DNA from: a virus
Strand: one strand, 5' to 3'
IMG/VR virus record: IMGVR_UViG_3300005253_000946
DNA: 64,000 nt
Shown here: piece after piece, positions 45,676 to 55,055 of the stretch
Numbering within the stretch: position 1 is the stretch's first letter
Layout of the letters: every line of letters begins with the position of its first letter
Made by a program: the position numbers and the translations under genes
The notes under the pieces: model-generated
What the model was told of the DNA's origin: nothing
Seen by the model: only the letters and a program-made list of their open reading frames with translations
Database searches by the model: none

Positions 45676-45971
45676 TTTGTTCTCCTAATTGCGTCGTCGA
45701 TTGCATCGTCGACTGTGTATCCGAATCCTACCAGTTCTCCTTTTTCGTTATATAGCCCCCATCCATGCTGGCCACCAAAACGGTCATATACTATTTTATG
45801 GAGATGTCGTTGCCCTATCCAATTAGAGCGTGCAACACGTTTTTGTTCTAGTTGTTGGTTTTTGTGTTTGAGTACCACACAGCTATTTTTACTACACCAT
45901 TTTTCACCGTAAGGACAATGGTGAGGACGTGTGAACTTTATTAGGAAGCTGGCTAAGTTCTTTAGACCCAT
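45672..45971 (-). CDS. hypothetical protein
   Basis: 99-aa ORF. Confidence 0.55.
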   Translation of the reverse strand: MGLKNLASFLIKFTRPHHCPYGEKWCSKNSCVVLKHKNQQLEQKRVARSNWIGQRHLHKIVYDRFGGQHGWGLYNEKGELVGFGYTVDDAIDDAIRRTK

Positions 45972-45973
45972 TT

Positions 45974-46294
45974 TTAGTGTCCGTGGTTAATATGTACTAA
46001 GAATACTCGATTAGGTATTAACCACCGCCACCATGTACGGTCTTCAAACACAAATTTGAATGTATCATTACCACAACACCCCCAGGCGTCTTCTAACTCA
46101 GATCTCCAACCTAAAGTACCTTTCTCGACCACAGTTATAGTAGCGCACTCAAACCCATGCTTACGGAACTTCCCACATATCCTTGCAGCCAAAAACTTAG
46201 CTACTTTAGGATTACCGAAGCGTTTAGTGAAACGTTTTATGTATGAATCGTAGTAAGTAGTCCTATCTCTCAGGTCTAATGTTATTTCTATCAT
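45974..46294 (-). CDS. hypothetical protein
   Basis: 106-aa ORF with GGAGG RBS. Confidence 0.55.
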   Translation of the reverse strand: MIEITLDLRDRTTYYDSYIKRFTKRFGNPKVAKFLAARICGKFRKHGFECATITVVEKGTLGWRSELEDAWGCCGNDTFKFVFEDRTWWRWLIPNRVFLVHINHGH

Positions 46295-46303
46295 TTTAAC
46301 CTC

Positions 46304-46534
46304 CTAATCTGATTTTAAGTTGGTATGTACTTTTCCTCTCTTATTCGCAATCCATTCTCGACGAAACCAAACCTCTTTAGAAGGCACGTCACTTGAATTA
46401 CATACAGCAGCACACGGAGGGCAGCACGCTACATCTTTTGGATCAAACCAATACGGTGTAGGTTTACGACAGAAGCAGCAATTTTCTAAAGGCTGCTCAG
46501 AGGTCATAGGGTGTATTGCTACTTTGATAGCCAT
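46304..46534 (-). CDS. small Zn-finger protein
   Basis: CCFCRKPTPYW...VACCPPC. Confidence 0.6.
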   Translation of the reverse strand: MAIKVAIHPMTSEQPLENCCFCRKPTPYWFDPKDVACCPPCAAVCNSSDVPSKEVWFRREWIANKRGKVHTNLKSD

Positions 46535-46541
46535 AATTGTA

Positions 46542-46982
46542 TTAACCTTTCTTACCTTTAAATTCTAACCTTTCGGTTGGATCATATTTCTTGCCTGGGG
46601 GACCTAATACATTACAGGCATAGCATACAGGGATATCCTCCCCTGTTTCAGATTTCTTAAGCAGACTAGCGGGTCCGTCACAAAAAGAGCATGTTGAATC
46701 TATCTCTTGGATGATTCTGTGTCTTTCTGCTACATAAGCGTCGAACTGATCTATTTTTATCTTCAATGTGGCTTCTGGATACACTTGTTTGCCGTCTAAG
46801 AAGTAACCACACTCTGCTGTACTATCGGCAAACTCAATAAGTTTACCTACTTCTAGCATAGCCAGCTCTTTTCCTACATCACCAAAACCTGGAGCAGATA
46901 CATGTGTAAGATGGATTGCCCCATCTTTTCTACCTACTTGAGGACATTCGTTAAGCTCATCCCACGTTATTACGTAGATCAT
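46542..46982 (-). CDS. hypothetical protein with C-terminal Zn-finger
   Basis: Likely start MIYVITW at about 46982 (track 47054); CSFC...CYAC. Confidence 0.5.
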   Translation of the reverse strand: MIYVITWDELNECPQVGRKDGAIHLTHVSAPGFGDVGKELAMLEVGKLIEFADSTAECGYFLDGKQVYPEATLKIKIDQFDAYVAERHRIIQEIDSTCSFCDGPASLLKKSETGEDIPVCYACNVLGPPGKKYDPTERLEFKGKKG

Positions 46983-47607
46983 CCTGCACTCCTTTGTAGA
47001 ACTTCTTTTTAAACTTATTGTAAGTTTGGTGGAATTCTTTTTCTTTAACAGCACTGGCGGCTAGAGACACAGCTGCTTCTAGTTGTTCTAGTATCTTTGT
47101 GCGGTCATGTCCTCCACTATCTATTACTCTCCAAGCTTTTACACATTGGTGTTTGTTAATAGGTTGAAAAGACTCTCCAGATGCCTTGAAGAGAGGACAA
47201 TTCTCACAAGTATTATTCGTATGTAGGTATACTTTACAAAGAGCGCAGGTATTACCGCCGTGTCCAAATCTCCAGACTCTGTTGCCGTCATACGACCTAC
47301 TTGTATTATGCTGCCATTTCCAAAGAGACAGTAGTGCTGCTAATAATTCAGTATGGCTATCTACTTTATCTCGTTCAGGTAATGCGAAGATCCGTTTGTC
47401 GAGTAAGTGTAAGACCTTAGTCAAATAGTGTTTATCAGCGAATTCGATAACGCTAATCTCTTTTGACCAGGTCTTATACCCTTTACCTTTACAGTAGCGA
47501 CATACTGCGTGCCATGCCCGTCGTTGCCCGGTTTTAAGAGGCAGTTTACGTTCATATTTAATTGATCCTAAACCTTTACAGCTAGTGCATCTGCTTTTAA
47601 TTTTCAT
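46957..47607 (-). CDS. protein with DnaJ-like CxxCxGxG Zn-finger
   Basis: CTSCKGLG...CRYCKGKG and CALC...CENC. Confidence 0.6.
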   Translation of the reverse strand: MKIKSRCTSCKGLGSIKYERKLPLKTGQRRAWHAVCRYCKGKGYKTWSKEISVIEFADKHYLTKVLHLLDKRIFALPERDKVDSHTELLAALLSLWKWQHNTSRSYDGNRVWRFGHGGNTCALCKVYLHTNNTCENCPLFKASGESFQPINKHQCVKAWRVIDSGGHDRTKILEQLEAAVSLAASAVKEKEFHQTYNKFKKKFYKGVQDDLRNNVG

Positions 47608-47672
47608 TTATTATTCCCATTCTCGTATAAGGCAAAAAAGAGCTTAAGGCCTTTTTAGATTGACTACACTAC

Positions 47673-48125
47673 TTATGACATTTTACTGTCAGTGTTTTCA
47701 TCTCCCTTTTGGTAACCGTCTGTTACTACTTCTAAGATATCCGCTTCTTCCATCAAGCTACGCATATATAGTATCAATTCTTTGAACCCTTTTATAGTAG
47801 TGTCTAGAGTGAATTTCTTATCCATTCCTCTGATTTTGCTGTCTGAAAGCATATTCAACCAGAAATAGATTAACCCGATAAAATCTTTAATAGCGTTTAT
47901 ATGTGCCCCAGAGAGTGTTGAATATATCTTATCTTTTTCTAACTCCTGGCTGACCATACCGAGCCTATGGTGTACAGACGATAGAGTATTACTCGAAGAA
48001 ATTATATAATTTACATCAGACAGAATCCTATCAAGTTTCAGTATGTCACTTAATTTAATATTCGGGTCCGTGTTGATAATGTCTTCTATCAATTGACTTA
48101 CATCTTCATTTGGAAACATTTTCAT
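47673..48125 (-). CDS. hypothetical protein
   Basis: 150-aa coupled ORF. Confidence 0.55.
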   Translation of the reverse strand: MKMFPNEDVSQLIEDIINTDPNIKLSDILKLDRILSDVNYIISSSNTLSSVHHRLGMVSQELEKDKIYSTLSGAHINAIKDFIGLIYFWLNMLSDSKIRGMDKKFTLDTTIKGFKELILYMRSLMEEADILEVVTDGYQKGDENTDSKMS

Positions 48126-48472
48126 TAGATCATTCCTTCCGATTTGTAGCCGTGCAGCACTGTAGCTGTAGCAAGTTTCTCGGCAAAAATATGTATTTTA
48201 GATTTCTTGTACCATTGATCAGCTATTTTAGGACCTGTGTTCCACCAGTTACATGCTCTCTCCCATAACTTATTGAACTCTATGTTGCTCATCTCGTCTC
48301 TAGACATGAAGTCTCCTACACGAAATGCGAACAGTTCTTTACCGTTTTTCTGAACAGAGGTTACTAATTCATCAGAACCTCTGGCCATAAAGATATCGTC
48401 TGAAGGTACGCCTAACCTACGTAGAGCTTCAAAGACACATAAGGCTTCTCTCATTGCTTCAGGTAAGTCCAT
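48125..48472 (-). CDS. hypothetical protein
   Basis: 115-aa coupled ORF. Confidence 0.55.
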   Translation of the reverse strand: MDLPEAMREALCVFEALRRLGVPSDDIFMARGSDELVTSVQKNGKELFAFRVGDFMSRDEMSNIEFNKLWERACNWWNTGPKIADQWYKKSKIHIFAEKLATATVLHGYKSEGMI

Positions 48473-48720
48473 TATCTACCACGCCCTTCTTTCTTTATTA
48501 CTTTAATGAGTTGATCTCTTAATTTTATTAAATCGTTAGAAGTCATATGGGCCTCTATTGAAGCAAATTCAGAGTCAATTTTCAAACGGTATTGGTGTTG
48601 GGTTCCCTGTATCTTCTTGACGGTTACGTATGGGTCTCTCATTAGACAGGAACCGCCTCTCCTGTAGCCCGTTCGGTGAGAACTATATAGTAAGGCATAC
48701 CGCCAGGAAGTACTTTCCAC
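48472..48720 (-). CDS. hypothetical protein (true start probably near 48642)
   Basis: Overlap with the upstream gene suggests MRDPYV start. Confidence 0.4.
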   Translation of the reverse strand: MESTSWRYALLYSSHRTGYRRGGSCLMRDPYVTVKKIQGTQHQYRLKIDSEFASIEAHMTSNDLIKLRDQLIKVIKKEGRGR

Positions 48721-49067
48721 ATCTCTTTAGGCATTGGCTGACTTACTTTACCTATAGCTTCGCCCAAGCAGAATAGCTCCTCCATTATGCGATGGAAGTC
48801 TGTCCACTGTCTGCCATTTTTGTCCTGGCAAGCATTAATAAAGGACATACCACCTCCGCCTGCTTCTTGGAATGATTCAGGTAATTGGCCGAGCATATCT
48901 ATAATCACAGACGCTTTCTCTTCTAAGCGCCCAGGATGGAATCCAAACTTGGTAGTAATACCATCTACCAGTACGGCTTCGTCAGGTGTTTTACCGTCTA
49001 TAACTTCATCATCGTTATACAGACAGTATTTCATGGTCTCTTGGACTAAATCGCTTGTAAGTTCCAT
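48642..49067 (-). CDS. conserved phage hypothetical protein
   Basis: FGFHPGRL...GGGGMSFINACQDKNGRQWT motif. Confidence 0.65.
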   Translation of the reverse strand: MELTSDLVQETMKYCLYNDDEVIDGKTPDEAVLVDGITTKFGFHPGRLEEKASVIIDMLGQLPESFQEAGGGGMSFINACQDKNGRQWTDFHRIMEELFCLGEAIGKVSQPMPKEMWKVLPGGMPYYIVLTERATGEAVPV

Positions 49068-49081
49068 TTGTTAAATCTCCT

Positions 49082-49447
49082 TTAGAATATGTTGCTATCT
49101 TTTAAGTATTTGCCGAGTAGCTTCCTTAGATCAGCGTTCTTCTTCATTATCTCTGTTGTCGGTAGAGCACGGATACAGTTGAATGCCTCACAAGCTTTAG
49201 GTCTGTGATCGTAGATGACACATTTGTCGTCTTCTAAGAACGGACAGGGATCTGCTGCAAGCTTAAACATATCTCCATCAGAAAAGATATATTTTATAGG
49301 GTTTTTCTCTAGAACTAGTAACAGTCCTATAAGATTATCAGCTTCCGACCTATTGATTTCTACTGCCATTTGCTTACAACAAATCCCCGTACATAGATGA
49401 CATGGAGGGTCTAATTTAGCTAACCGTTCAGCCTGCTCTTTACTCAA
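49082..49447 (-). CDS. YkgJ-like Cys-cluster (Zn/Fe-chelating) protein
   Basis: CHLCTGICC...CPFLEDDKCVIYDHRPKACEAFNC. Confidence 0.75.
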   Translation of the reverse strand: MSKEQAERLAKLDPPCHLCTGICCKQMAVEINRSEADNLIGLLLVLEKNPIKYIFSDGDMFKLAADPCPFLEDDKCVIYDHRPKACEAFNCIRALPTTEIMKKNADLRKLLGKYLKDSNIF

Positions 49448-50010
49448 ACGCTATCACCTATAACTTTAGCTTCAGGTATATTGGGGTATGTTCCCATAAC
49501 TTTCTCAATTTCAACACAAGTATTTTGGATCAAAGCTATTGGATCCATCTTTGATAAATCCAGGAGATAGAGGTCATTGTAGTTGAGAGTGTTGGCATCT
49601 AATGCTTTACGAAGCCGTTCTATTTCTAGTTTGCTTGGTAGATCCTCTACTGCTGCACGGATAAATGCCTTAACTATACAATCTGCTAAGTCTCTTATAC
49701 GAACAGAATCTGGTTTAATAAAAGTGCTACCACGTTCACCTAACATAGTTTGCGGCTGTCCGGTAAAAGGCCTACAAGGGTCTATGGAGTTATCGAAAAT
49801 ACCTTCAACAGCATCTACAATTTCCTGCGGCATACCTATTAACGTGTCTTTAACGTTGTCGGATGAGACAAATACAGTCTCACCATTTAGAACTATCTCT
49901 ATCCCTCCATCTCTCTGGGCGACCCCGAAAGTACCTTGATCGGTTTCGATCCCAATTGCATTAAAAACGTCACCTAAAATTAATTCGTTGTTCTCTATCT
50001 TGAGTTTCAT
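49444..50010 (-). CDS. hypothetical protein
   Basis: 188-aa ORF with GGAG RBS. Confidence 0.6.
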   Translation of the reverse strand: MKLKIENNELILGDVFNAIGIETDQGTFGVAQRDGGIEIVLNGETVFVSSDNVKDTLIGMPQEIVDAVEGIFDNSIDPCRPFTGQPQTMLGERGSTFIKPDSVRIRDLADCIVKAFIRAAVEDLPSKLEIERLRKALDANTLNYNDLYLLDLSKMDPIALIQNTCVEIEKVMGTYPNIPEAKVIGDSV

Positions 50011-50099
50011 TCTTTTATCTCCAAAAAGTGTTTGTAAATAGATTTTACTGGTTAATACTCTTATGACGTAAAATCGAAAGATTTAACAGTGTTAAAACT

Positions 50100-50342
50100 C
50101 TATACTTTTCTATGAGCTAAAGCTCTGTGTTTTAAAAGAGTTAGAAGTGTTGCTCCGAAACATTTACTAGACCACCTAGGTGTAGTGACTTCTAGAAGTT
50201 CCCCATTTAGTTCAAATATCCCAACGAACCAGTTACCTTCGGCAGCGATTATCTTTAGTCTATACATGTCCCCTAACACCAAACCTTCAGGGAAATGCCC
50301 TGAAGTATTTGGGTCAGGGAGTTCTGTACATATAGCTATCAC
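50100..50342 (-). CDS. hypothetical protein
   Basis: 80-aa ORF coupled to thyX. Confidence 0.45.
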   Translation of the reverse strand: MIAICTELPDPNTSGHFPEGLVLGDMYRLKIIAAEGNWFVGIFELNGELLEVTTPRWSSKCFGATLLTLLKHRALAHRKV

Positions 50343-51076
50343 GCTACATCATCTTCGCTAGGGAAAGGTACGTCTTCCCCTAGTTGATGGCGTCTAAATG
50401 CTGCTAAAGCGTGAGGCACGTAAGGTTCTATCATCTTAAACATGACGTTGGCATAAGCCTGTATCTCTGGTTGTGCATGTGAGTCCATACGTAGCTTCAG
50501 AAAGTGCATCAGATTCTTTAGATCTATCTTCCAGTACCATTCGGTATATACAGCTAACGGCAGTACTATCCTGGCTAATTCTTTAGCTACACCCTGCTCT
50601 ATGTAGGAAGAGTATAGACGGTAACTGGTCTCCATATGCGCCATCATGGAGTCCTGGATGTTTTGAGCATCGACAACAGTTACGCCATCACTACCTTGCT
50701 TATTTTTAGTATCCTGGCCTTGGATACGGCTTTCTTCTGGCACATAGAAGTGATTCTTCATTTCAGAGTATCGGCCTGAATACTCATTTACCGAAGCTGT
50801 ACGATGCCTGATCCATTGTCTAGCAATAAAGATAGGCATTTTGGCATGGAACTTAAACTCGGCCATTTCGAACGGACCTGTGTGTTCATTTCGAAATAGG
50901 TAGTCAAGTAGTTTCGCATCCTCTCGTAATTTTGTAGTTCCTTTACCATAAGATACACGTGCGGCTTCTACGATAGCGGAGTCGTCTCCCATAACGTCTA
51001 TAAGACGTATGAATCCAAACTCATGTATACGGGTTGCTCCTTCAGGTATCTCTGTGGCTATATTTCTAATGCTCAT
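50339..51076 (-). CDS. thyX: flavin-dependent thymidylate synthase
   Basis: AARVSYG, HTGPFE, RQWIRHRTASVNEYSGRY, ELARIVLP, FLKLRMDSHAQPEI. Confidence 0.95.
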   Translation of the reverse strand: MSIRNIATEIPEGATRIHEFGFIRLIDVMGDDSAIVEAARVSYGKGTTKLREDAKLLDYLFRNEHTGPFEMAEFKFHAKMPIFIARQWIRHRTASVNEYSGRYSEMKNHFYVPEESRIQGQDTKNKQGSDGVTVVDAQNIQDSMMAHMETSYRLYSSYIEQGVAKELARIVLPLAVYTEWYWKIDLKNLMHFLKLRMDSHAQPEIQAYANVMFKMIEPYVPHALAAFRRHQLGEDVPFPSEDDVA

Positions 51077-51091
51077 TTTAGTCTCCTTGTG

Positions 51092-51304
51092 CTAGACGTT
51101 CTTTATGTAATGTATAGCGCCTAAGATTTGATCTACGTTGCCATCGACAAAGACGGATTTGTATTCCATACCCATTTTATCTTCTTCTTTAATGTCCTCG
51201 GTAAAGAACTTAAGCATATTGGGTGGAAGATCGTCGACCTCCCACCCTTTATCTTCCATACGCTCAATTTCTTCTGGAGTCATCAACCCGATTATGTAAG
51301 CCAT
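51092..51304 (-). CDS. hypothetical protein
   Basis: 70-aa coupled ORF. Confidence 0.55.
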   Translation of the reverse strand: MAYIIGLMTPEEIERMEDKGWEVDDLPPNMLKFFTEDIKEEDKMGMEYKSVFVDGNVDQILGAIHYIKNV

Positions 51305-52338
51305 TAGAACTCAATCTCCACTCCGTACCTACCGTCACCCTTGTTGACTATTATCAGTCCTGTATAGGCGCAGGTAGGTATAAATGATGGCACTGACGCA
51401 CCACCTTCAACTTCGGTGAAGATCACATCCATAGATACCTTATTAGGTTTCTGTTTAAGCGTTTGATCGTTTACGTTTTTGACCTTCACAGGTTGGTTGT
51501 TTCTATGGAATTTGTCCATAGCGTCTTTTTGAGTGATAGAACCATGCCCGTCATTCAGTTTGAATACGTGAGGGGAAACACTCATTTGAGATACTATAAT
51601 ACCGCGTGACTCTAATTCCTTCAGACGTCTAACCACTGTCTGCGAACTAAATTTGACATGCGATGCTATTAGACCTGTGTTTACCCACGTACCTTTTTTG
51701 GTATCCGACAAGACTTGTACGATATTGGTTATCTGTTCGTCCCGACCCTTCTTTGTAAAAGTCCTCTTCTTAATAGGGGTAGGACTTTGTATATCAGCCC
51801 AGAAGTCTTTTGGTATTGCATTGGCACAAAGTTCGTACTTAAATGGGCTTGCATGGGTGTTTCTACGAATGAAACCGTGTTTGCTTAAGCTGTTTAGAGT
51901 TCCATATAAGGTGGCTATCTTAGGTATATACGACTTTACTTGTTCATGGATTACTTTTGCTGGCACCGACCTCATAACGAGCGGTCTTTCTAAAAATGAT
52001 TTAACTACAATTTGTTTATTACTCATTTTATTTTTATCAGTTGATTGCGGAGTTTTCATGTCATTCCCTTTCTCAAGTAGTTGGATTATTTTTTTGTTGG
52101 CGTTATTACTTGCCTTACGTTTGGGGTAGGTAGCCATATGTAAGTCTACAGAGGTTTGGTAATCTTGAGAGAAGACACCTGTTTGTCCTAGACAGCCTCC
52201 AACGTTAAACTCTTTGAATGTAGGTTCATTCAAGGCTTTTATAAACTCAGACCTCCTATCAGGGTCTGTTTTGCATTCTTCTATTAATATGTCGAACATT
52301 TGATTGAACAGTGCGACTTGTTGTGTGTTGAGAAACAT
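51304..52338 (-). CDS. protein with two putative winged-HTH domains
   Basis: LYGTLNSLSKHGFIRR and IASHVKFSSQTVVRRLKELESRGII. Confidence 0.55.
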   Translation of the reverse strand: MFLNTQQVALFNQMFDILIEECKTDPDRRSEFIKALNEPTFKEFNVGGCLGQTGVFSQDYQTSVDLHMATYPKRKASNNANKKIIQLLEKGNDMKTPQSTDKNKMSNKQIVVKSFLERPLVMRSVPAKVIHEQVKSYIPKIATLYGTLNSLSKHGFIRRNTHASPFKYELCANAIPKDFWADIQSPTPIKKRTFTKKGRDEQITNIVQVLSDTKKGTWVNTGLIASHVKFSSQTVVRRLKELESRGIIVSQMSVSPHVFKLNDGHGSITQKDAMDKFHRNNQPVKVKNVNDQTLKQKPNKVSMDVIFTEVEGGASVPSFIPTCAYTGLIIVNKGDGRYGVEIEF

Positions 52339-52451
52339 ATAACCTCCTTTTGATTAGTAGTTCGTTGACTAGGGTTTAAATATTGTGGTACTGTTTCTAA
52401 GAATTAGGTTACTAATATCTGCAGACAAACAATTTCTAGGAGAACTTAAAA

Positions 52452-52661
52452 ATGGCCTTGAAAAATACAGCCAAAATCTTTACTCGCGTTTTAAACGACG
52501 CTAACGACTTAACTGATCTCGAAGCTGAGATAGCTGCTTGGCTTGTCAGTGACACTACTGTAGAAGCAAAAGCTCCTGTGTCTACCAACGTAACGCAGAC
52601 AGTTGATGGTCGTGGCTTGATTACGATGACTGTAGTAGTGGTTATCGGGTCAGCAGTCTAA
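52452..52661 (+). CDS. small protein, tandem paralogue A (possibly Cse60/DUF2758-like fold)
   Basis: AGGAG RBS; near-identical to 52698..52910. Confidence 0.7.
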   Translation: MALKNTAKIFTRVLNDANDLTDLEAEIAAWLVSDTTVEAKAPVSTNVTQTVDGRGLITMTVVVVIGSAV

Positions 52662-52697
52662 TTTAATCAACAAGTTACTTTTTAGGAGAACTTAAAA

Positions 52698-52910
52698 ATG
52701 GCCGTATTAAAAAACGCAACTAAGATTTTTACTAGAGTATTGAATGACGCTAACGATCTAACTGATCTTGAAGCTGAGATACAAGATTGGATCGGTGTTA
52801 CCAACACTGTAGAGGCTTTAGCTCCTGTGTCTACCAACGTAACGCAGACAGTTGATGGTCGTGGCTTGATTACGATGACTGTAGTAGTGGTTATCGGAGC
52901 CAATCTCTAA
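52698..52910 (+). CDS. small protein, tandem paralogue B
   Basis: Same RBS context (TAGGAGAACTTAAAAATGGCC); 78-bp block identical to paralogue A. Confidence 0.7.
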   Translation: MAVLKNATKIFTRVLNDANDLTDLEAEIQDWIGVTNTVEALAPVSTNVTQTVDGRGLITMTVVVVIGANL

Positions 52911-52942
52911 TAGAGATAGCTAAGGGCATTACACCCCTATTA

Positions 52943-53152
52943 TCAGGAAGCCGCTTCTACAGCTGCTTCCTTCTTCGCTTTCCAGCGTGACCGGCCGCGT
53001 GACTTTTTGTCTGCGGCCTGTTCGCGTTTCTTCTTACCAGGAAGGTTTTTATAAGCCTTTACAGACTTATGCACGGCCTTACTGATCTGTTTCTTGTCTT
53101 TGCTTTTTCTCATCGTATACTCCCTAAGTCCTGGTCCAAAAGAACAGCCCAC
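52943..53152 (-). CDS. small basic protein
   Basis: Lys/Arg-rich; start may be MRKSK near 53113. Confidence 0.45.
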   Translation of the reverse strand: MGCSFGPGLREYTMRKSKDKKQISKAVHKSVKAYKNLPGKKKREQAADKKSRGRSRWKAKKEAAVEAAS

Positions 53153-53203
53153 AGACAGGTAACCGCACCAAGGTTGGTGCTCAAATAGTTAAAGGAGTTT
53201 AGC

Positions 53204-53902
53204 ATGTATCCATACTTTCGCCCCCTATATTTCCCTCAACTTTTCCAGGTTCATGGAGAGGCTACTTTAGATGGCCCAGATCCTATAAAGAATTTGGAGT
53301 TCCTCTATAATGGAGAACCAGTACCGAAGAACTTCTACGTTCTAGATTGGAATAAGTCTCTCGATATAGCATCTAAGCGTTACGGAGATAGGATCCCTAT
53401 TTTCCCTAATGCTCCTGAATGGTTAGACGATGTAGATAAGGCAGTTTACGTATTATCCTCTAATTATGTAGATGGTGTTAGAAAAGCGGCGAAGTTAGCT
53501 GTAAGTGCCTGGAATGAGGAATGGTACTTCGATACTATAGTTAGAGATCAAGGTCTTAAACCGGCTATAGAGTACGTGTACTACGCTTTCTATTTACTAG
53601 CAGATTGTCTGTACGATTTAGAGACTAAGTATTTTGCCAGACACCCTCTTAGGTCGATACTTCCACAGATATTAGCCTTCGAGTTTTGGTGGTTCCAAAC
53701 AGGTAGCGGTAACATCTTGGAACATTCTAAGACACCTTCTGTTGCTGATGTAGAGCGTTCTATGCAGGCAGGAGCGTCTTCTATTAATGAAATACAGCTA
53801 GAGTGGTCTAAATATGCTGAGGATCGTGTGATGGCCTTAGATGTCTCTCTAGAGGAAAGACGTACCATATCCGCTGATAAGGTATTCGGTACACCTGAAT
53901 AA
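53204..53902 (+). CDS. hypothetical protein
   Basis: 232-aa ORF with AAGGAG RBS; followed by a terminator hairpin. Confidence 0.65.
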   Translation: MYPYFRPLYFPQLFQVHGEATLDGPDPIKNLEFLYNGEPVPKNFYVLDWNKSLDIASKRYGDRIPIFPNAPEWLDDVDKAVYVLSSNYVDGVRKAAKLAVSAWNEEWYFDTIVRDQGLKPAIEYVYYAFYLLADCLYDLETKYFARHPLRSILPQILAFEFWWFQTGSGNILEHSKTPSVADVERSMQAGASSINEIQLEWSKYAEDRVMALDVSLEERRTISADKVFGTPE

Positions 53903-53913
53903 GCTAAAAGAAA

Positions 53914-53941
53914 GTGGGGGATGGTTAAGTCCGTCCCCCAC
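53914..53941. terminator. hairpin between convergent genes
   Basis: GTGGGGGATGG / CCGTCCCCCAC stem, A-run on the left. Confidence 0.55.
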
Positions 53942-54245
53942 GTTCTGCATCTGATCTACTAAAGTGATTAGCTGAGTAGATGTGGTATTCACAATCTCCG
54001 TCTAAGCAGCAATCGTCTGGGTTACAGCGTCCTCTATAACCAGGCTCACACGAAATTACGGCTTCACTACTACAAGGCATTAAGTCCTCTATAAGACAAC
54101 TACACCCACTATCGCTGCTAACTAAACCGTCAAAACCTCTCTGTATTAGATGTTTTTTCACTATTCGGTAGACGCTTATATTCCTAGTAATAACTTCTTC
54201 TACATCATTATCATCAGGTATCCTAGGAAATACGAATGGATCCAT
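53925..54245 (-). CDS. Cys-rich hypothetical protein
   Basis: GFDGLVSSDSGCSCLIEDLMPC...CEPGY. Confidence 0.6.
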   Translation of the reverse strand: MDPFVFPRIPDDNDVEEVITRNISVYRIVKKHLIQRGFDGLVSSDSGCSCLIEDLMPCSSEAVISCEPGYRGRCNPDDCCLDGDCEYHIYSANHFSRSDAERGGRT

Positions 54246-54603
54246 TAGTCGACACCTCCTTCTGTGCTATCAATTCTTGTACCTCTGTCTGTGTTAAAAA
54301 GGCCAAGGCTTTTATTTCTTCCGGACACTCACCCCATTCCTCTTCGTACAGCATACCGCAGTTCAGCCATTCATCTATTGCTAAATCTGTACCTGCGGCG
54401 ACATCTCTGAGGTGTAGGTAGATAGTTTGACACCTCAAACACCTCTTAATAGTTTCGGCGGTACCTTCGTAACCTACATTTGTTCTTTGGTATTTGTGGC
54501 CAGGTTTGATGAAGTCCCCACAAGCACTACATTTATGCTTTTTCCTGGCAACTACTCCTTTAGTCTGGTAGAAGCTGAATGCCTCGTCAGATTCGAATCC
54601 CAT
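54223..54603 (-). CDS. Zn-finger hypothetical protein
   Basis: ARKKHKCSACGDFIKPG...KRCLRC. Confidence 0.65.
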   Translation of the reverse strand: MGFESDEAFSFYQTKGVVARKKHKCSACGDFIKPGHKYQRTNVGYEGTAETIKRCLRCQTIYLHLRDVAAGTDLAIDEWLNCGMLYEEEWGECPEEIKALAFLTQTEVQELIAQKEVSTNGSIRIS

Positions 54604-55055
54604 CAGTTCTCTCCTACGCGCCCGTAGTCAGGATGTTTGTTCTGCATATGGCTATGAAGGTCTTTGAACTCCTTATCGCAGTAAGGACATTTACCTGCAG
54701 CTAGACGCTTCTTTACTTTAGTTACTTGGCCTTTGTAGCTGTTTCTGGAGCGTTCTATAGTTTCTTTGTCTTTCTTCTCGTCTATATAATAACTGTAATG
54801 ACGATCAGCTTTAGTATTAGCGTCTACAAGCTCTGACTCTATCTTCCTGATCTGGTCTTTAAGCTTCTGTTCTTCGGTAATACCGTTGTAGCTTTGTGGG
54901 TGTCCTGAAGGGCAATAAAAGGTATCATGGTCTTTACGACGCCTCTTTTGAAAATCTTGAGGTATCATAAAAGGAATAGCACATTTGCAACACTCTTCTA
55001 ATATCATTTCTATGGTAACTCCATAGTTAGTTCCTCTTCGATTTAATGTCTGCAT
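54603..55055 (-). CDS. Zn-finger/coiled-coil protein with C-terminal C2H2-like finger
   Basis: CCKC, FYCPSGH, CPYC...HMQNKH. Confidence 0.65.
   Translation of the reverse strand: MQTLNRRGTNYGVTIEMILEECCKCAIPFMIPQDFQKRRRKDHDTFYCPSGHPQSYNGITEEQKLKDQIRKIESELVDANTKADRHYSYYIDEKKDKETIERSRNSYKGQVTKVKKRLAAGKCPYCDKEFKDLHSHMQNKHPDYGRVGEN

Noticed and set aside
2049-51076. Intein or group I intron in terL, MCP, dcd or thyX
   Set aside because: All are of normal length with continuous motifs; no C/S...HN splice junctions or homing endonuclease motifs were seen.
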